From Macrostomum lignano (lineage: Eukaryota), in NCBI GenBank assembly GCA_002269645.1, contig NIVC01001285.1, positions 70,679 through 134,678 of the forward strand: 64,000 nt of DNA, given 5' to 3'. Below, piece after piece: positions 38,142 to 50,431 of this stretch. The notes beneath the pieces were generated by a model that ran no database searches, had not been told where the DNA came from, and saw nothing but the letters and a program-made list of their open reading frames with translations. How positions within the stretch are numbered: the first letter of the stretch is position 1; each line of letters opens with the position of its first letter. A program made the position numbers and the translations under genes.

Positions 38142-40534
38142 ATGAATCGTCGCGTAACGTGCTCGACTGAAGATTCAGCTGAAGAGAATACAGAGCAGCA
38201 AGGTCACAGCGATGATGGAGAACAGATGCTGCAGCCGAGTCGGCTGAGCTTTCGAGCTGTCATCTGTCGGTGAGTCAGGAATGATTGCAATGGCTAAGGA
38301 CTAGCTAGGACTGCTGACCCACAGGGTATCTGCGAACGGGAGTCAATTGACCCCCACCGTAAGCATCTACTGGTAGGAGGGGTCAATTGACTCCCAGCAT
38401 AAGCATCTGAGAGGAGGGGTCAAACCATAAGAATCTGCGAGGGGGCACTTGACCCCCATCCTAGACATCTTCGAGCAGAGGTCAGTTGACCCCCATCATA
38501 AGAATCTGGGAGGAGAGGTCACTTGACCCCATCCTAAGAATCTGCGAGGAGAGGTCACTTGATCCCAACACAAGCATATTTGAGTAGAGGTCAGTTGACC
38601 CCATCCTACGCTCGTAAGCATCTGCGAGGTTTCTAGATTCCTAGGTTTCTAGGAAAGGTCAGTTGACACCACCCTAGGTAATCTGAGATCTAGGCCGCCA
38701 GTTGACCATCACAAAATCAAGAAACAGACACAGAGCACCAGTTAACCTCTCATTGAAGAAATTTAAGTTGAATCGATTTAGGAAATGCTGAAATTTAAAA
38801 GTCCTTGTAAATTTAGCGAATCTTTAAAAGCTGTCTACTGTCACATCTGAGCCCCATTACTTTTTTTTACACTCACCCCCCTCACTGCGTGTGTTTCGTG
38901 CAATAGCTAATGTTAAAATTTCAGTTTAAATGAAACAGCTGGCGTGACAGGCTGATTTCAATACTAAAGTCTTCTCGCCGGCTTTACAAAAGTACATCTG
39001 ACCAATTTAATGCAATTTCGTCTTCCAAAATAAAACTAAATATTCTTAAATGGCAATTCACACTCAAAATGGCAATTTACACCCAAAATTGGACCTTTGC
39101 ACCTAAAATTGGACCTTTGCTCTCAAAAATGGCACTTTGCACCCAAAATGGCACTTTACACCCATAAATGGCACTATATACGCTTAATTTCCAGCCGCTG
39201 GTCCGCCCTCTGCTGCTACTGCGTCGATCGGATCCTAAAACTACCGCCAGAAGTTGCCGGCCGACCGCAGATCGCGCGCTACAGAAGGCACTGGCACCGA
39301 CTGGCCGGTCTCATCGCCTTCTTGGTCACCCTGACCCTCGCCCAGACCTGCTCAAGCGGAATCACCTTTGCCTACTGCCTCAAGCATCTCGGCGGCTGCT
39401 CAGCATTTCTCGATCGCGACCCCTGCCTGAAAACCATGGTGCCGTTTTTCGTAGTGTCGCTAATTTGGCTCAGCATCTTCTGCTCCTGCTGCTGCCAGAG
39501 CCCCAAAGCTCTGAGCGTGTTCCTGCTGGTCGGCCTGTGCGGAGAGGCCATCCTAGCCAGCTACATGGTAGCGTTCGATCGATACATTAGAATCGATGAT
39601 CACCTCACTGAGCACTTGACCGTGTCGTTGGAGGCCAGAAGCGGCTGCCGACCTGTCGTCGGCGGTAGCTACAGCGGCGACGAGGTGGAGAGTCGGAGCG
39701 ACGCGGCGGGCTGTTTCCAGCCGTTCCGCAATGCTGCAGAGAGTTGTCAACGCTTTGACAGGGGTAGCCTCGCCAGGTGTAACTCCTCTGGTAGTGGCAC
39801 CAAGGTGCGTTATGGCTGCCTTTTACAGAGAGTTAACATAATGACCTCGCATTGGAAATAGTGGCCTCACATTGGATAGAATGGCCTCACATTGGATAGA
39901 ATGGCCTCACATTGGAAATAGTGGCCTCACATTGGATAGAATGGCCTCCCATTGGATAGAATGGCCTCCCATTGGATAGAATGGCCTCCCATTGGATAGA
40001 ATGGCCTCCCATTGGATAGAATGGCCTCACATTGGATAGAATGCCCTCACATTGAATAGAATTCCCTCACATTGAATATGATGGCCTCACAGGATAAAAT
40101 GGCCCCAACACCAGCCCTCAGAGCGTTACAATCGACAGAAAATCGCCGAATGCATTGCTGAAGTTCTCCGCGGTATCGAATCCAAGAAGCAACTCTATCA
40201 AACCGCGACCTACTCGCTGCTCTACCTGTTCGCTTCGGCACACCTACTCATCGCCCTGGCCGTCTGCATTTACGACGTACGTCGGAAACGAGCAGAGAAA
40301 CGCCTGGGCACCAACTGCGGAATCGAAGATGTTGACCAGCATCTGCTAGCAAAGACGGCAGCTACCGAAGCTGCACAAAAGAAGCCGGTCTTGAAAAGGC
40401 CGTCAGCATCGGCAAAGATCAACAACAACGGATCGCAGACGATGGACTCGGAGCTGGTGCTGATCAATCCAAACGCAACGACGCCCAGCGGGAGCACCGA
40501 AGTGAAGCTCAATTATATGGCTGGACGAGTTTGA
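38142..40534 (+). CDS. Tetraspanin-like four-TM protein (exons 38142-38269, 39195-39804, 40115 or 40124-40534)
   Basis: Exons join in frame through GT-AG sites. Three hydrophobic helices, a Cys-containing loop, a fourth helix (YSLLYLFASAHLLIALAVCIY) and a cytoplasmic tail. No CCG motif. Exon 3 is not in the ORF track. Confidence 0.6.
38335..38710. repeat. Degenerate ~36-bp minisatellite with the palindrome RGGTCA-NN-TGACCC, about 9 copies; intron 1
   Basis: ggggtcaattgactccc, aggtcagttgacccc and aggtcacttgacccc units. Confidence 0.85.
39850..40100. repeat. 20-bp minisatellite (attggatagaatggcctcac)n, about 11 copies; intron 2
   Basis: Tandem array, seen directly. Confidence 0.95.
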
Positions 40535-40839
40535 CTCTCGATAATTAAACCAATTTGTTTTTACTAGCTTGAGAAATTGTTGATTAAAGAAACTCTACGT
40601 TTTTAAGTTTGTACTATTAAGGCGTTTCTGATGACATAATTTAAATTGAATGCATGATGTACTTTGGAGGCAACGATTTGACTTTTTCTATGAGAATACT
40701 ATTGAGCAGAAATATGGAATGTAAAGTACTGGAAATGCTTCGATTAGGTACTCATTAGTAGGCACATTTAGATGGAGTAATAGTTATTGATCAATCGGCA
40801 CTCGGAAATCGATTGAAGATCAACACAACTTCAGGATTA

Positions 40840-41015
40840 GAGGCGCCACAACTTCCAGATTGGGGGCGCCACAACTTCCAGATTGGGGGCGCCACAACTT
40901 ACAGGTTGAATGCACCACAACTTACAGATTGGAGGCGCCACAACTTACAGATTGGATGCACCACAACTTACAGATTGGATGCGCCACAACTTACAGGTTG
41001 GAGGCGCCACAACTT
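40840..41015. repeat. 23-bp minisatellite (ggcgccacaacttacagattgga), about 7 copies
   Basis: Tandem array between the convergent 3' ends of two genes. Confidence 0.9.
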
Positions 41016-41327
41016 TGTATTTGTTAATGAATGACAACAAATCTTCAAGTCAAAGGATTCATTTCAATTAAGGTATTTATTATATTATTAATAGTGTTAA
41101 TTTTATTACGAGTATATAAAAATTCAAAACAAATTAGACTTTATTCGCTTTCAAATGGCTAACAATAAGGCACAATTTTTGCTAGCATCAAACAGTCAGA
41201 AAATTTTACTTTTTTAAACTACGCAAGTGCTGCAAGTCATTTATTATTAAGTGGTTTCTAAGAAAATCACGACGCCTGCATCAAAATTAACAACTAAAAA
41301 GTCAGTCAGTCAGCTGTTGTCAACTGC

Positions 41328-44300
41328 TTAAAATTGGCCGTTGCCAAACCGATGGTGCAGCACAAATGCCAGGCGTTTCAACGGGTCGATGATCAGGTAG
41401 GCGAAAGTGTTGAGGTGCTGCTGCTGACCGCTGTCGGGGTAAAATGCCCGACCTTTATCGTCCTGCCGGGTGGGGACAGGAGTGTATTGGGTGTGCGAAT
41501 CCTGACCACTACGAGCGTAGAAAGAGTGTGTGTCTGCGTACAGTATTGGCACCGTTGGTTGTGAGACCATTTCGTCGAAGGCGTTACGTCAGGGTGTGTT
41601 GAAACTTCACAATAGCAATCCGGTCTGCTAGAGGTCGGTGTCTCGTTTCTCTCCTCTCTTCTTCATTCTCCTTCTTTCCCCTTCTCTGGCCCACAGTCTA
41701 GCGCTGGGGTTCGCTATCTGACCCTGGCTTAAGGTAAAAAAAGCTTGCTTAAAGCTTGATTTCCCCTAAGTGTCTTAGGTGTCTCTGAGAAATCCACCAA
41801 ATCAACCCTCTTTCTAATTAAGATAGGCAATTGAGAAAACTTGCAAACTCTTCAGAGAAGCAGCGACATTCGCTTACCTTAGCAACCACTTTGTAGACGT
41901 GAGAAATAACCTGCAGCTTCCGTGTTTCAGGGTCTTTCTGAACGCTGAATTCGTTTTAAAAGAACGTAGAGAACATTGTCAGTTTTATGATTTTTATCAA
42001 AATATAAATAGTCAATAAAACTCACGTAATCAGGTCCTTGTACAGAGCCTTGACAATATCCAGATAAGGATGAATTGAATCTTCGAATTGGCACAGCCGG
42101 CCACCGATGGCAAAATGCAGCAACAGGCGGAAGAGAAACTCGTTGCGCTCCGGTTCGTCGTACAGCAGATACGCTTCGCTGTCCTCGTTCAGGAGCATCT
42201 GCAAGGTTTGTTTTAAATAGCCGCTGTCATTTTTTAAAATTAAAGTTCACTCTAATTACAAAACCTTGTGCAAATTTTACTAAAGAGATATATGCCCGCA
42301 AATATTTTTGTTTTTTCGAAGTTTTACCATAAGCACACATGATCGATTTTTTTTATTAGAGGCAGGGGGGTTGTGCACTTTAAGCGACATTGGCACACAA
42401 CCGGCGAGAGGCATTACTGCCCATTCCGCCGACTCCCCTGAGCAGGCATACAAGCGCGCGGATACGTACGCAGGCACACACTCACACAGGAGTGTACAGC
42501 GGCCCTAACTTTATATTATCGTTAGGCATGTACACTTCACTGCGCTTTGGGGGGTTGGCTCTCAAGGCCGTTAATTGCACGAGCCGAGCCAAGCCGAGAT
42601 TCCAATTCAGCCCCAAATTAATGTGACTGCACTTGGAATCGAGCCTGGGTCGCTGGCACACCAGAGCAGCTGCGCTACCGCTGGGCTACGGCCCCCTACA
42701 CTTGATCGATAGAAATGCGTCTAAAAATACTTTAATGTGCTTCGCGGAATTCTTCACCCAACCAGCCACCCAACGAGAGTCAATCTCGGCTTGGCTCTGC
42801 TCGTGAAATTAACGGCCTTGAAGGCCAACCCCCAAGGCACAGTGAAGTGTACATGCCTAATGGTAAATAAAGCTAGGGTCCCTGTACACTTCTGTGTGAG
42901 TGTGCCTGTGCGTATGACTGCGTACGTAGCCGCAAGCCGGTTGTGAGTGACAATGTCGCACAGCCTCCTGCCTTTAATAATAAAAAACAAGGGTCAATCG
43001 GATGAGAAAGTCGGGCAGATGTACATTTTTGGTAGAGTGACATGTTTAAGGGGCCAGCTAAACCGGTAAATCTTAATGACCTTTCTTTTTCGCTGGCTTC
43101 AGGGAGAAAAAATCGTTGAGACCTCTATAGAATTTGTGCATGATTGGTCTGCTCTGCTCTGAATACACATGTCCTAGTAATACTACTGACAAGTACGCGA
43201 GTAGTAAAGTGCACTGAAAATGAAAATATTTTTTAATTTGAAAACCGAAAACATAAGTAATAAGCGAACCCACCTGTCGCAGGTTGTCCGAAATCTGCAC
43301 TTCGTCGATCCATTCGTCGAAACATCGCTTGATTTGGCCGTCGTCGCGAATGACTTCATCGGCGAGTCGGCCAAACAGGTCCATGGTGGTGTGCGTGCAG
43401 GGCACCGGCTCCAGGGACACGCTCGACGCTTTTTCGCCTTCCAAGGTTTTTTGTGGTTTTTTGAAAGCTCTGTGACTGTCTAGAATCTCAAAGATCCCAG
43501 ATTAGAATCTCAAAGATTCCAGATTAGAATCTCAAAGATCCCAGATTAGAATCTCAAAGATCCCAGATTAGAATCTCAAAGATCCCAGATTAGAATCTCA
43601 AAGATCCCAGATTAGAATCTCAAAGATTCCAGATTAGAATCTCAAAGATTCCAGATTAGAATCTCAAAGATTCCAGATTAGAATCTCAAAGATTCCAGAT
43701 TAGAATCTCAAAGATCGTCAGATTAGAATCTCAAAGATCGTCAGATTAGAATCTCAAAGATTCCAGATTAGAATCTCAAAGATTACAGATTAGAATCTCA
43801 ATTTGAAGATCCTATATTAGAATCTCAAATATCCCAGATTAGAATCTCAATTTGAAAATCCTATATTAGAATCTCAAAGATCCCAGATTAGAGTCTCATT
43901 TAGGATTCTATATTAGAATCTTAAAGATCCTAGACTAGAGCAAAGATCCCAGCTAGAGTCTTAAAAATAATAAATAAGAATCTCAAATACATTATAAAAG
44001 GCTTCTAAATATACACCTGTATACTAAATTATAAATGTTAAAATCCTTTAAAAATTCTAGAAAATTTTTTTAAAAATGCTAAAAAATCCAAAAAGTCAAT
44101 ACTTTTTTACTTTACAAATCTTTGGTATAAAGAAATAGTTTAAAATTAAATACCTGGCTTGATAGAAAAATTAAAACAGATAGACAAAAATATGGCTGAC
44201 TCACACAGTGCAACAGGCTCTCCAGTATTATCCGACACTGTCTGCAGGTTTGACACAATAACATTGTCTTTAAAAAAGTCCTCGATAAACTCCTGGGCTG

Positions 44301-45234
44301 AATGGACCTTGAACTGGCAGTCAAAGGAGAAGCACTGGCAGAATATTCGGCCTTTCATGGACCTGAAGTTTTTTAAATGTGCAATTGGAATTAAACATTA
44401 AAAATTTAGAAGAACTCTATTTCTTTATTACTATAAGAGAATTAATAGTAATCATTATAGTTTATATGGCATTCTTAGATAGACTTTACTAAGGATTTAC
44501 AAATGCAATCAGAAATATTTGAATAAATTTTAAATGCCTTCTTGGGCTTATTATAGACATATAGTTATAGGCCTAGAAATCAATAAATAGGCCTAATATT
44601 TTTATTTTATATACAAAGGTCAGTGAATCCTAAATAAGATAAAAGGAACTAATATGCTATTAATATACTGTAGTAGTAAAAAAACTTTGATACAGTTCAT
44701 ACTTTATGTATCCAAGTTATTTCGATATCAAAAAATAAGAAAACATAATATAAATATTTTGGCTTAATTGTTTAACTGCATGGACTTGATGACATAAACC
44801 AATCCAAATCTACCAAATTATACACTTAAGTTTAGACTAAAAAGTGAATTTTGGCTTACTGAAATTTAGAAAAGAAGCCTATATGCTTAGCAGGGGCGTA
44901 GCCAAGGGGGGGCACACTGGGACATGTCCCCTGAAGGGTGAAAACTTTTTTACTGCCTTTAGGCCTATATTTTGCTTGCATCGGTTCATTGGAGATAAAT
45001 TTATGTCTCTGTCCCCCTCCTGACACGAATCGTGGCTACGCACCGGATGCTTAGAACATTAAACACAGTTATAATATAATCTCGTATGATCTCGATCTCC
45101 GTCAGAAGAACTTACCATTTCATAAGATAATCCTTGAATTCTTTATTTTGCGTCAGACAGGTGGCTTTTCCTGCCAAGTATTGAAAATTGCGCTGTTGTG
45201 AATCATTGGAGCTATTGATTTTTACATCCTGCAT
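41328..45234 (-). CDS. CFAP300: Cilia- and flagella-associated protein 300 (C11orf70/DUF4498); exons 45234-45116, 44362-44205, 43437 (or 43479)-43274, 42198-42026, 41944-41878, 41462-41328
   Basis: The spliced product (KWSMKGRIFCQCFSFD..VPC..IRDDGQIKRCFD..LLNEDSEAY..EFLFRLLLHFAIGGRLCQFED..YKDLITVQKDPET..TFAYLIIDPLKR) is colinear with CFAP300 as I recall it. All junctions are GT-AG and in phase. Confidence 0.92.
42347..42696 (-). mobile_element. Full-length tRNA-derived SINE (family B), in CFAP300 intron 3
   Basis: Head GGGGGCCGTAGCCCAGCGGTAG...GGCTCGATTCC, poly-A tail, and imperfect flanking repeat atcgatca.gtg. Homologous to 42782-42990 and 48881-49247. Confidence 0.85.
42782..42990 (+). 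mobile_element. 5'-truncated SINE family B copy, inverted relative to 42347-42696
   Basis: aatctcggcttggctctgctcgtg...cagtgaagtgtacatgcct...taataataaaaaa matches the other copies. Confidence 0.85.
43481..43960. repeat. 22-bp minisatellite (tagaatctcaaagatcccagat)n, about 20 copies; CFAP300 intron 2
   Basis: Tandem array, degenerating to the right. Confidence 0.95.
44891..45046. mobile_element. hAT-like MITE (156 bp), in CFAP300 intron 1
   Basis: Imperfect TIRs CAGGGGCGTAGCCA / TGGCTACGCACCGG; 8-bp TSD ATGCTTAG at 44883-44890 and 45047-45054. Confidence 0.75.
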
Positions 45235-46119
45235 TTTTAAAATGAAATTATAGACAGTTATCAAATAACTTTATATAAGCAAACTTTTAAATCTGTAGAT
45301 TGGGCTTAAAACGTATTAAATATCCAGTTACTTTGGTTATGTTGAATTTGCACGTAGTGAATGAAAATATGCCAAGTTAAAAGCAAGCGTTCATTTAAAC
45401 AACTATAGTGAGTAGAACAGCTCTACCTACGGGCTTTTAAGGATCATTATATTCGGCACAGACAACTCTTTTGTTGCTTTTGAGTTTGATTTATTTCATA
45501 GCCAATTATCTGGTGCATTATTTTTACTGCGTCTGCGTCAGTTTGACATAGCCATATTATCCCAAGACCATAAACTCAAATTATCCCATTATCTCAGGGC
45601 GTGGGATAGCTAAATATCCCAGGACCGTTACCTTAAATTGGTTTTAGTGAGGAAAAATTTAACATTTTAGTAAATAATTAATACTAATTATTAATTCAAC
45701 TTTTACTAGTTGCGCTCAAAAAGCAATACTTTTAAACGCCTGTTTGGCGATAACAGCTAGATTTCAGTCATAACGTAGTCCATACTGTATAGCCTCTTTA
45801 AAAGATAAATTTAGATGTATTTTGGTCTTGAAAGTTTTCCTAAGCACTTTAAATGATATACATGTACCTCAAGATAGAAGAGATGCAGTTGTTTCAGTCC
45901 AGCTCCCTAGCATAATTGTCTGTCAAAATTATAGCATCTCGTTTGGAGCAGTGGCGACGTTCTTCTTGCTAGCTGATTTGGAGCCTTTTCAACACCAGTT
46001 GCGATCTTTCCTGGCACGGGAGGCTTAGCACCATATGTTCCAATAAATTATATCTGTTTCCCAACAATAACAACTATATTACTCTGGTCTATTGCGCCTC
46101 GGATTTCAGGTGCCTCATT

Positions 46120-46368
46120 GGCGCCCTTTGGTACTGTCAGGCGCCCTTAATTTATTTGGTGTTGTGGCATGGCGCCCTTTATTTGGTGCTGTGGCATGGC
46201 GCCCTTTATTTGGTGTTGTGGCATGGCGCCCTTTATTTGGTGCTGTGGCATGGCGCCCTTTATTTGGTGCTGTGGCATGGCGCCCTTTATTTGGTGTTGT
46301 GGCATGGCGCCCTTTATTTGGTGCTGTGGCATGGCGCCCTTTATTTGGTGCTGTGGCATGGCGCCTTT
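46120..46368. repeat. 27-bp minisatellite (tttatttggtgctgtggcatggcgccc), about 8 copies
   Basis: Tandem array, seen directly. Confidence 0.95.
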
Positions 46369-46384
46369 AATAGGTGCTAGTGTT

Positions 46385-46585
46385 TTAATTGGTGCTCCTT
46401 TGGTGCTGGTGCCCCTTTGGTGCTGGCGCCCCTTTGGTGCTGGCGCCCCTTTGGTGCTGGCGCCCCTTTGGTGCTGGCGCCCCTTTGGTGCTGGCGCCCC
46501 TTTGGTGCTGGCGCCCCTTTGGTGCTGGCGCCCCTTTGGTGCTGGCGCCCCTTTGGTGCTGGCGCCCCTTTGGTGCTGGTGCCCT
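46385..46585. repeat. 17-bp minisatellite (ggtgctggcgccccttt), about 11 copies; the 15-bp unit at 14719 plus TT
   Basis: Tandem array, seen directly. Confidence 0.95.
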
Positions 46586-47313
46586 GCTCCACTGAAATTT
46601 TGTCATTTTTCGCGCATTCACCTACCTGCGTTTGAATCTGGCTGTAGCCTTTGCCAAGTAAAACAAAACTTGCACGTGGCATATCTGTCGATCTGTATTT
46701 CAGCACAAATCTGCTAATACGTTATATTTAGGCTATATAATTATTAGCAATTTCAGAGTGAAGTTTCGGGTATTTGTTTTATTGAATACCTCGTAATACC
46801 TAGGTGCTAATTAAGCTGAATACTCGCCTTGCAGAACTTATTAGAAGACGTCTGTATCCAATGCGGTGACGCAAACTTTTGCCCTAAGACTGTACCTGCT
46901 AAATTTGTCTAGAAGCTGTGAGTGGGGCGCGTTTGCGCTTTTCAAACCTCGATAACGACTTGGAAATAATGCGTAACAGCTTCAGTCTTCTAGTTTCTTC
47001 TTCTGTATTTACCTTCCCCTTCCGTAGAGGTGAATTGAAAACTGTGAATATTGCAAACTGTGGCAAATATTTACTAATCTTGGAAACAATTGAAGCCAAA
47101 TCTAAATTTTTATGATAAGGATAAAGATGTATGAATTGACTTTAAATTCGCATTATCATCTAATCTCAATTATTTATTTTATCAGTTAGGCTAAACAAGG
47201 AGCTGAGATCCAGGATGCTTGCAGCATGAGCTATTATATAGAAAATATCGATTCATATTTTATATCACTCTAAGTTTTGACGCCAAATGAGAATGAATTG
47301 AAACATAGAATTG

Positions 47314-48045
<732 letters not shown>

Positions 48046-48779
48046 CATTTTAGCAGACTGAAATGAAGTACGTAAAAGTCGCTACAAATTTTAATAATTT
48101 ACACACAGATCACAATTTCTGAAATTTGTTTATTCAATTTAGCAGTCGAATGCGATGCCATTTGTTAAATAACAGAAGGACAATAAACTACGGGATGTTA
48201 AAACAAACAAAAGTGTTAATCATGTAGGCATTGTGAACGCGAAATCGGTTAATCTATCACAAACTACTACATGAAGTTATTAAATAACAAAGGAAATGTA
48301 TTAAAAATCCCTTTGCAGCCAATAACAACTTAAATGTAGTATGAATATAGTACAAAACTTTAAACGCTATTGCTGAGAACAGCAAGTCATGGCGATATTG
48401 TTAAATAACAGATAAATTTATTCTTTTCCGGGGGAAATTAAAACAAAAAAGGAAACAATTGACGGATACAATTGTTATAATTTACTGTATGGAATTAAAA
48501 GCTTAAATACGTGTGACATAATTAAAACTTGGCAACCATTATGTCTCTCAGCCCTTAAGGACTCGATCACAGCAGATCTTTGCAGCAATTGCACTGGCTA
48601 GAGATACTGAAGGTATCCTGCAGTGTTTCCCAATGGATCTGGAAGGTGAAAGTTGATGAGAAAGAATGTGATCGTTTTTTGTCATCTTTTATTCGCAAAA
48701 TAAGTCATGTCATTTAGATTCACCGATTAGCTAAGACACATACTCAACGAATCATTGATTCACTAAATCACTAAAAAGG

Positions 48780-48870
48780 TCACTCACTGATTCGCTGACT
48801 CACTGACTCACTGACTCACTGACTCACTGACTCACTGATTCAGTGATTCATTGAATCATTGATTCACTAG
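48780..48870. repeat. 8-bp repeat (TGACTCAC)n, with degenerate flanks
   Basis: Five consecutive TGACTCA heptamers. Confidence 0.9.
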
Positions 48871-48880
48871 TTACAAATTT

Positions 48881-49247
48881 GTAGCCTCAGTGGTCTGGCG
48901 AGGCGCTCTGATGTGCCAGCGGCCCAGGCTCGATTCCAAGTGCAGTCGCATTAATTTGGGGCTAAATTGGAATCTCGGCTTGGCTCTGCTCGTGCAATTA
49001 ACGCCCAGCTTGAGGACCAACCCCCAAGGCACAGTGAAGTGTACATGCCTGACGATAAATAAAGTTAGGACCGCTGTACACTCGTGTGTGAGTGAGTGCC
49101 TGTGCGTATGACTGCGTACGTAGTCACGCGCTTGTGTGCCTGCTCAGGGGAGTCGGCAAAATGCGCAGTAATGCCTCTCGCCGGTTATGTGACAATGTCG
49201 CTTAAAGAGCATCATGATACACACAGCCTCTGTCTCCATTGAAAAAA
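48881..49247 (+). mobile_element. SINE family B copy, next to the 3' end of the ASCL gene
   Basis: A box and B box (ggctcgattcc); body matches 42347-42696. Confidence 0.85.
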
Positions 49248-49299
49248 TCACTCCAGTTAGAATTCCAGTTGTCACTGCATGCAATAATCTAAGATTAAA

Positions 49300-50181
49300 T
49301 CAATATAGCTCACCGCTAATTGAAAGCAGATGCACCTGCGATGCACCGCCGCAGGTGAACTGACCACCAGTCGTGACGAACTCCGGAGCAACCAGGTAAT
49401 ACGACGGACCGGCCGCGGTGGTAGGCAGCTCTTGCTGGCATTGAGTCACTGGCTTTATCGGAGTGGACATATTGAAGCAGTCGGCAGTGTAGGCACTTGA
49501 GAAATGAATCTGATGTTGCGGATCGTTCTGCTGCTGCTGCTGCTGCTGCTGCTGCACTTCGTTAGGTGAACAGCTGACACTTGAGATATCAATCCCTTCG
49601 GTTGAAAACTGAAGCAGAGCAGAATCGTCAATATTATCGACAGACAATGAAGCTGCTGCTGTTGCTGCTGCTGTTGCACCAGCAGCTGTCCCGTCGTCTT
49701 CGTCGCTTAAAAGCAGATCGGAGAGGTCGCACATCCCAGATGAAGACTCGACAACTGGTCGAGCAGCCGTCATGTTTGATGGTTGAGCCCGCTGTTGAAC
49801 TTGATCGAAGCTGAACTCGCCAACCTCAGCAGCACTATCCGACTCCAGAAGCTTAACAAGATAGGCTATGTAAGTAGAAGCAGTTTTGAGCACTTCAACT
49901 TTGCTCAACTTTCTAGCCTTCTTGCCGTTGTATCGTTTCGGCAGTCGGTCGCGCAGCGTTGCAAAAGTTCGGTTGATGAGCTTCACCCGGTTCCGTTCCC
50001 GTTCGTTGCGCTTCTGCACGGTGCTGGTCTGCGGCTTCTGCACGGCGAACTTGCCGTTGATGAATTGCAGTTTTCTCCGACAGGGCTGGTTGGTGTACGC
50101 CACAGTGATCCTCTGCGATGAACTGCCCGCTTCTCTGCTTGGACTGTCCGTCATAGTAGGCTGACCAAGCTGCTCAGACAT
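49300..50181 (-). CDS. ASCL: Achaete-scute family bHLH transcription factor (ASCa-type basic region); start at 50181 or 50154
   Basis: KRNERERNRVKLINRTFATLRDRLP...KLSKVEVLKTASTYIAYL; single coding exon with a polyQ tail. Confidence 0.93.
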   Translation of the reverse strand: MSEQLGQPTMTDSPSREAGSSSQRITVAYTNQPCRRKLQFINGKFAVQKPQTSTVQKRNERERNRVKLINRTFATLRDRLPKRYNGKKARKLSKVEVLKTASTYIAYLVKLLESDSAAEVGEFSFDQVQQRAQPSNMTAARPVVESSSGMCDLSDLLLSDEDDGTAAGATAAATAAASLSVDNIDDSALLQFSTEGIDISSVSCSPNEVQQQQQQQQQNDPQHQIHFSSAYTADCFNMSTPIKPVTQCQQELPTTAAGPSYYLVAPEFVTTGGQFTCGGASQVHLLSISGELY

Positions 50182-50235
50182 GACAGATCGAAAGTATTCT
50201 ATTTCTTTTGTTGAGGCTCTTTGACACTCCACGAA

Positions 50236-50325
50236 ACTTACTTGTGATTGCGTGCTGGATACGACCTCACGCTCTCTTATTTAACTTCCAGAGCACTCTG
50301 CCCCGCTCGCGCGCTGATTGGCTAA
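50236..50325 (-). promoter_or_regulatory. Probable ASCL core promoter (CCAAT box, GC element, TATA-like) and a 5'UTR splice donor
   Basis: On the minus strand: AGCCAATCAG (50317-50321), GAGCGGGGC, TTAAATAAG (about 50277-50284), then GTAAGT at 50241. Confidence 0.45.
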
Positions 50326-50431
50326 TAAGGAATATGGGGGGGGGTTGAGTTTCTCAACTCTTCAAATCTGCGTCAACCGTTCCTTTCTCTCTACCACTGC
50401 CTCTGTAGTATCTAAATTTAGACATAGTTAA

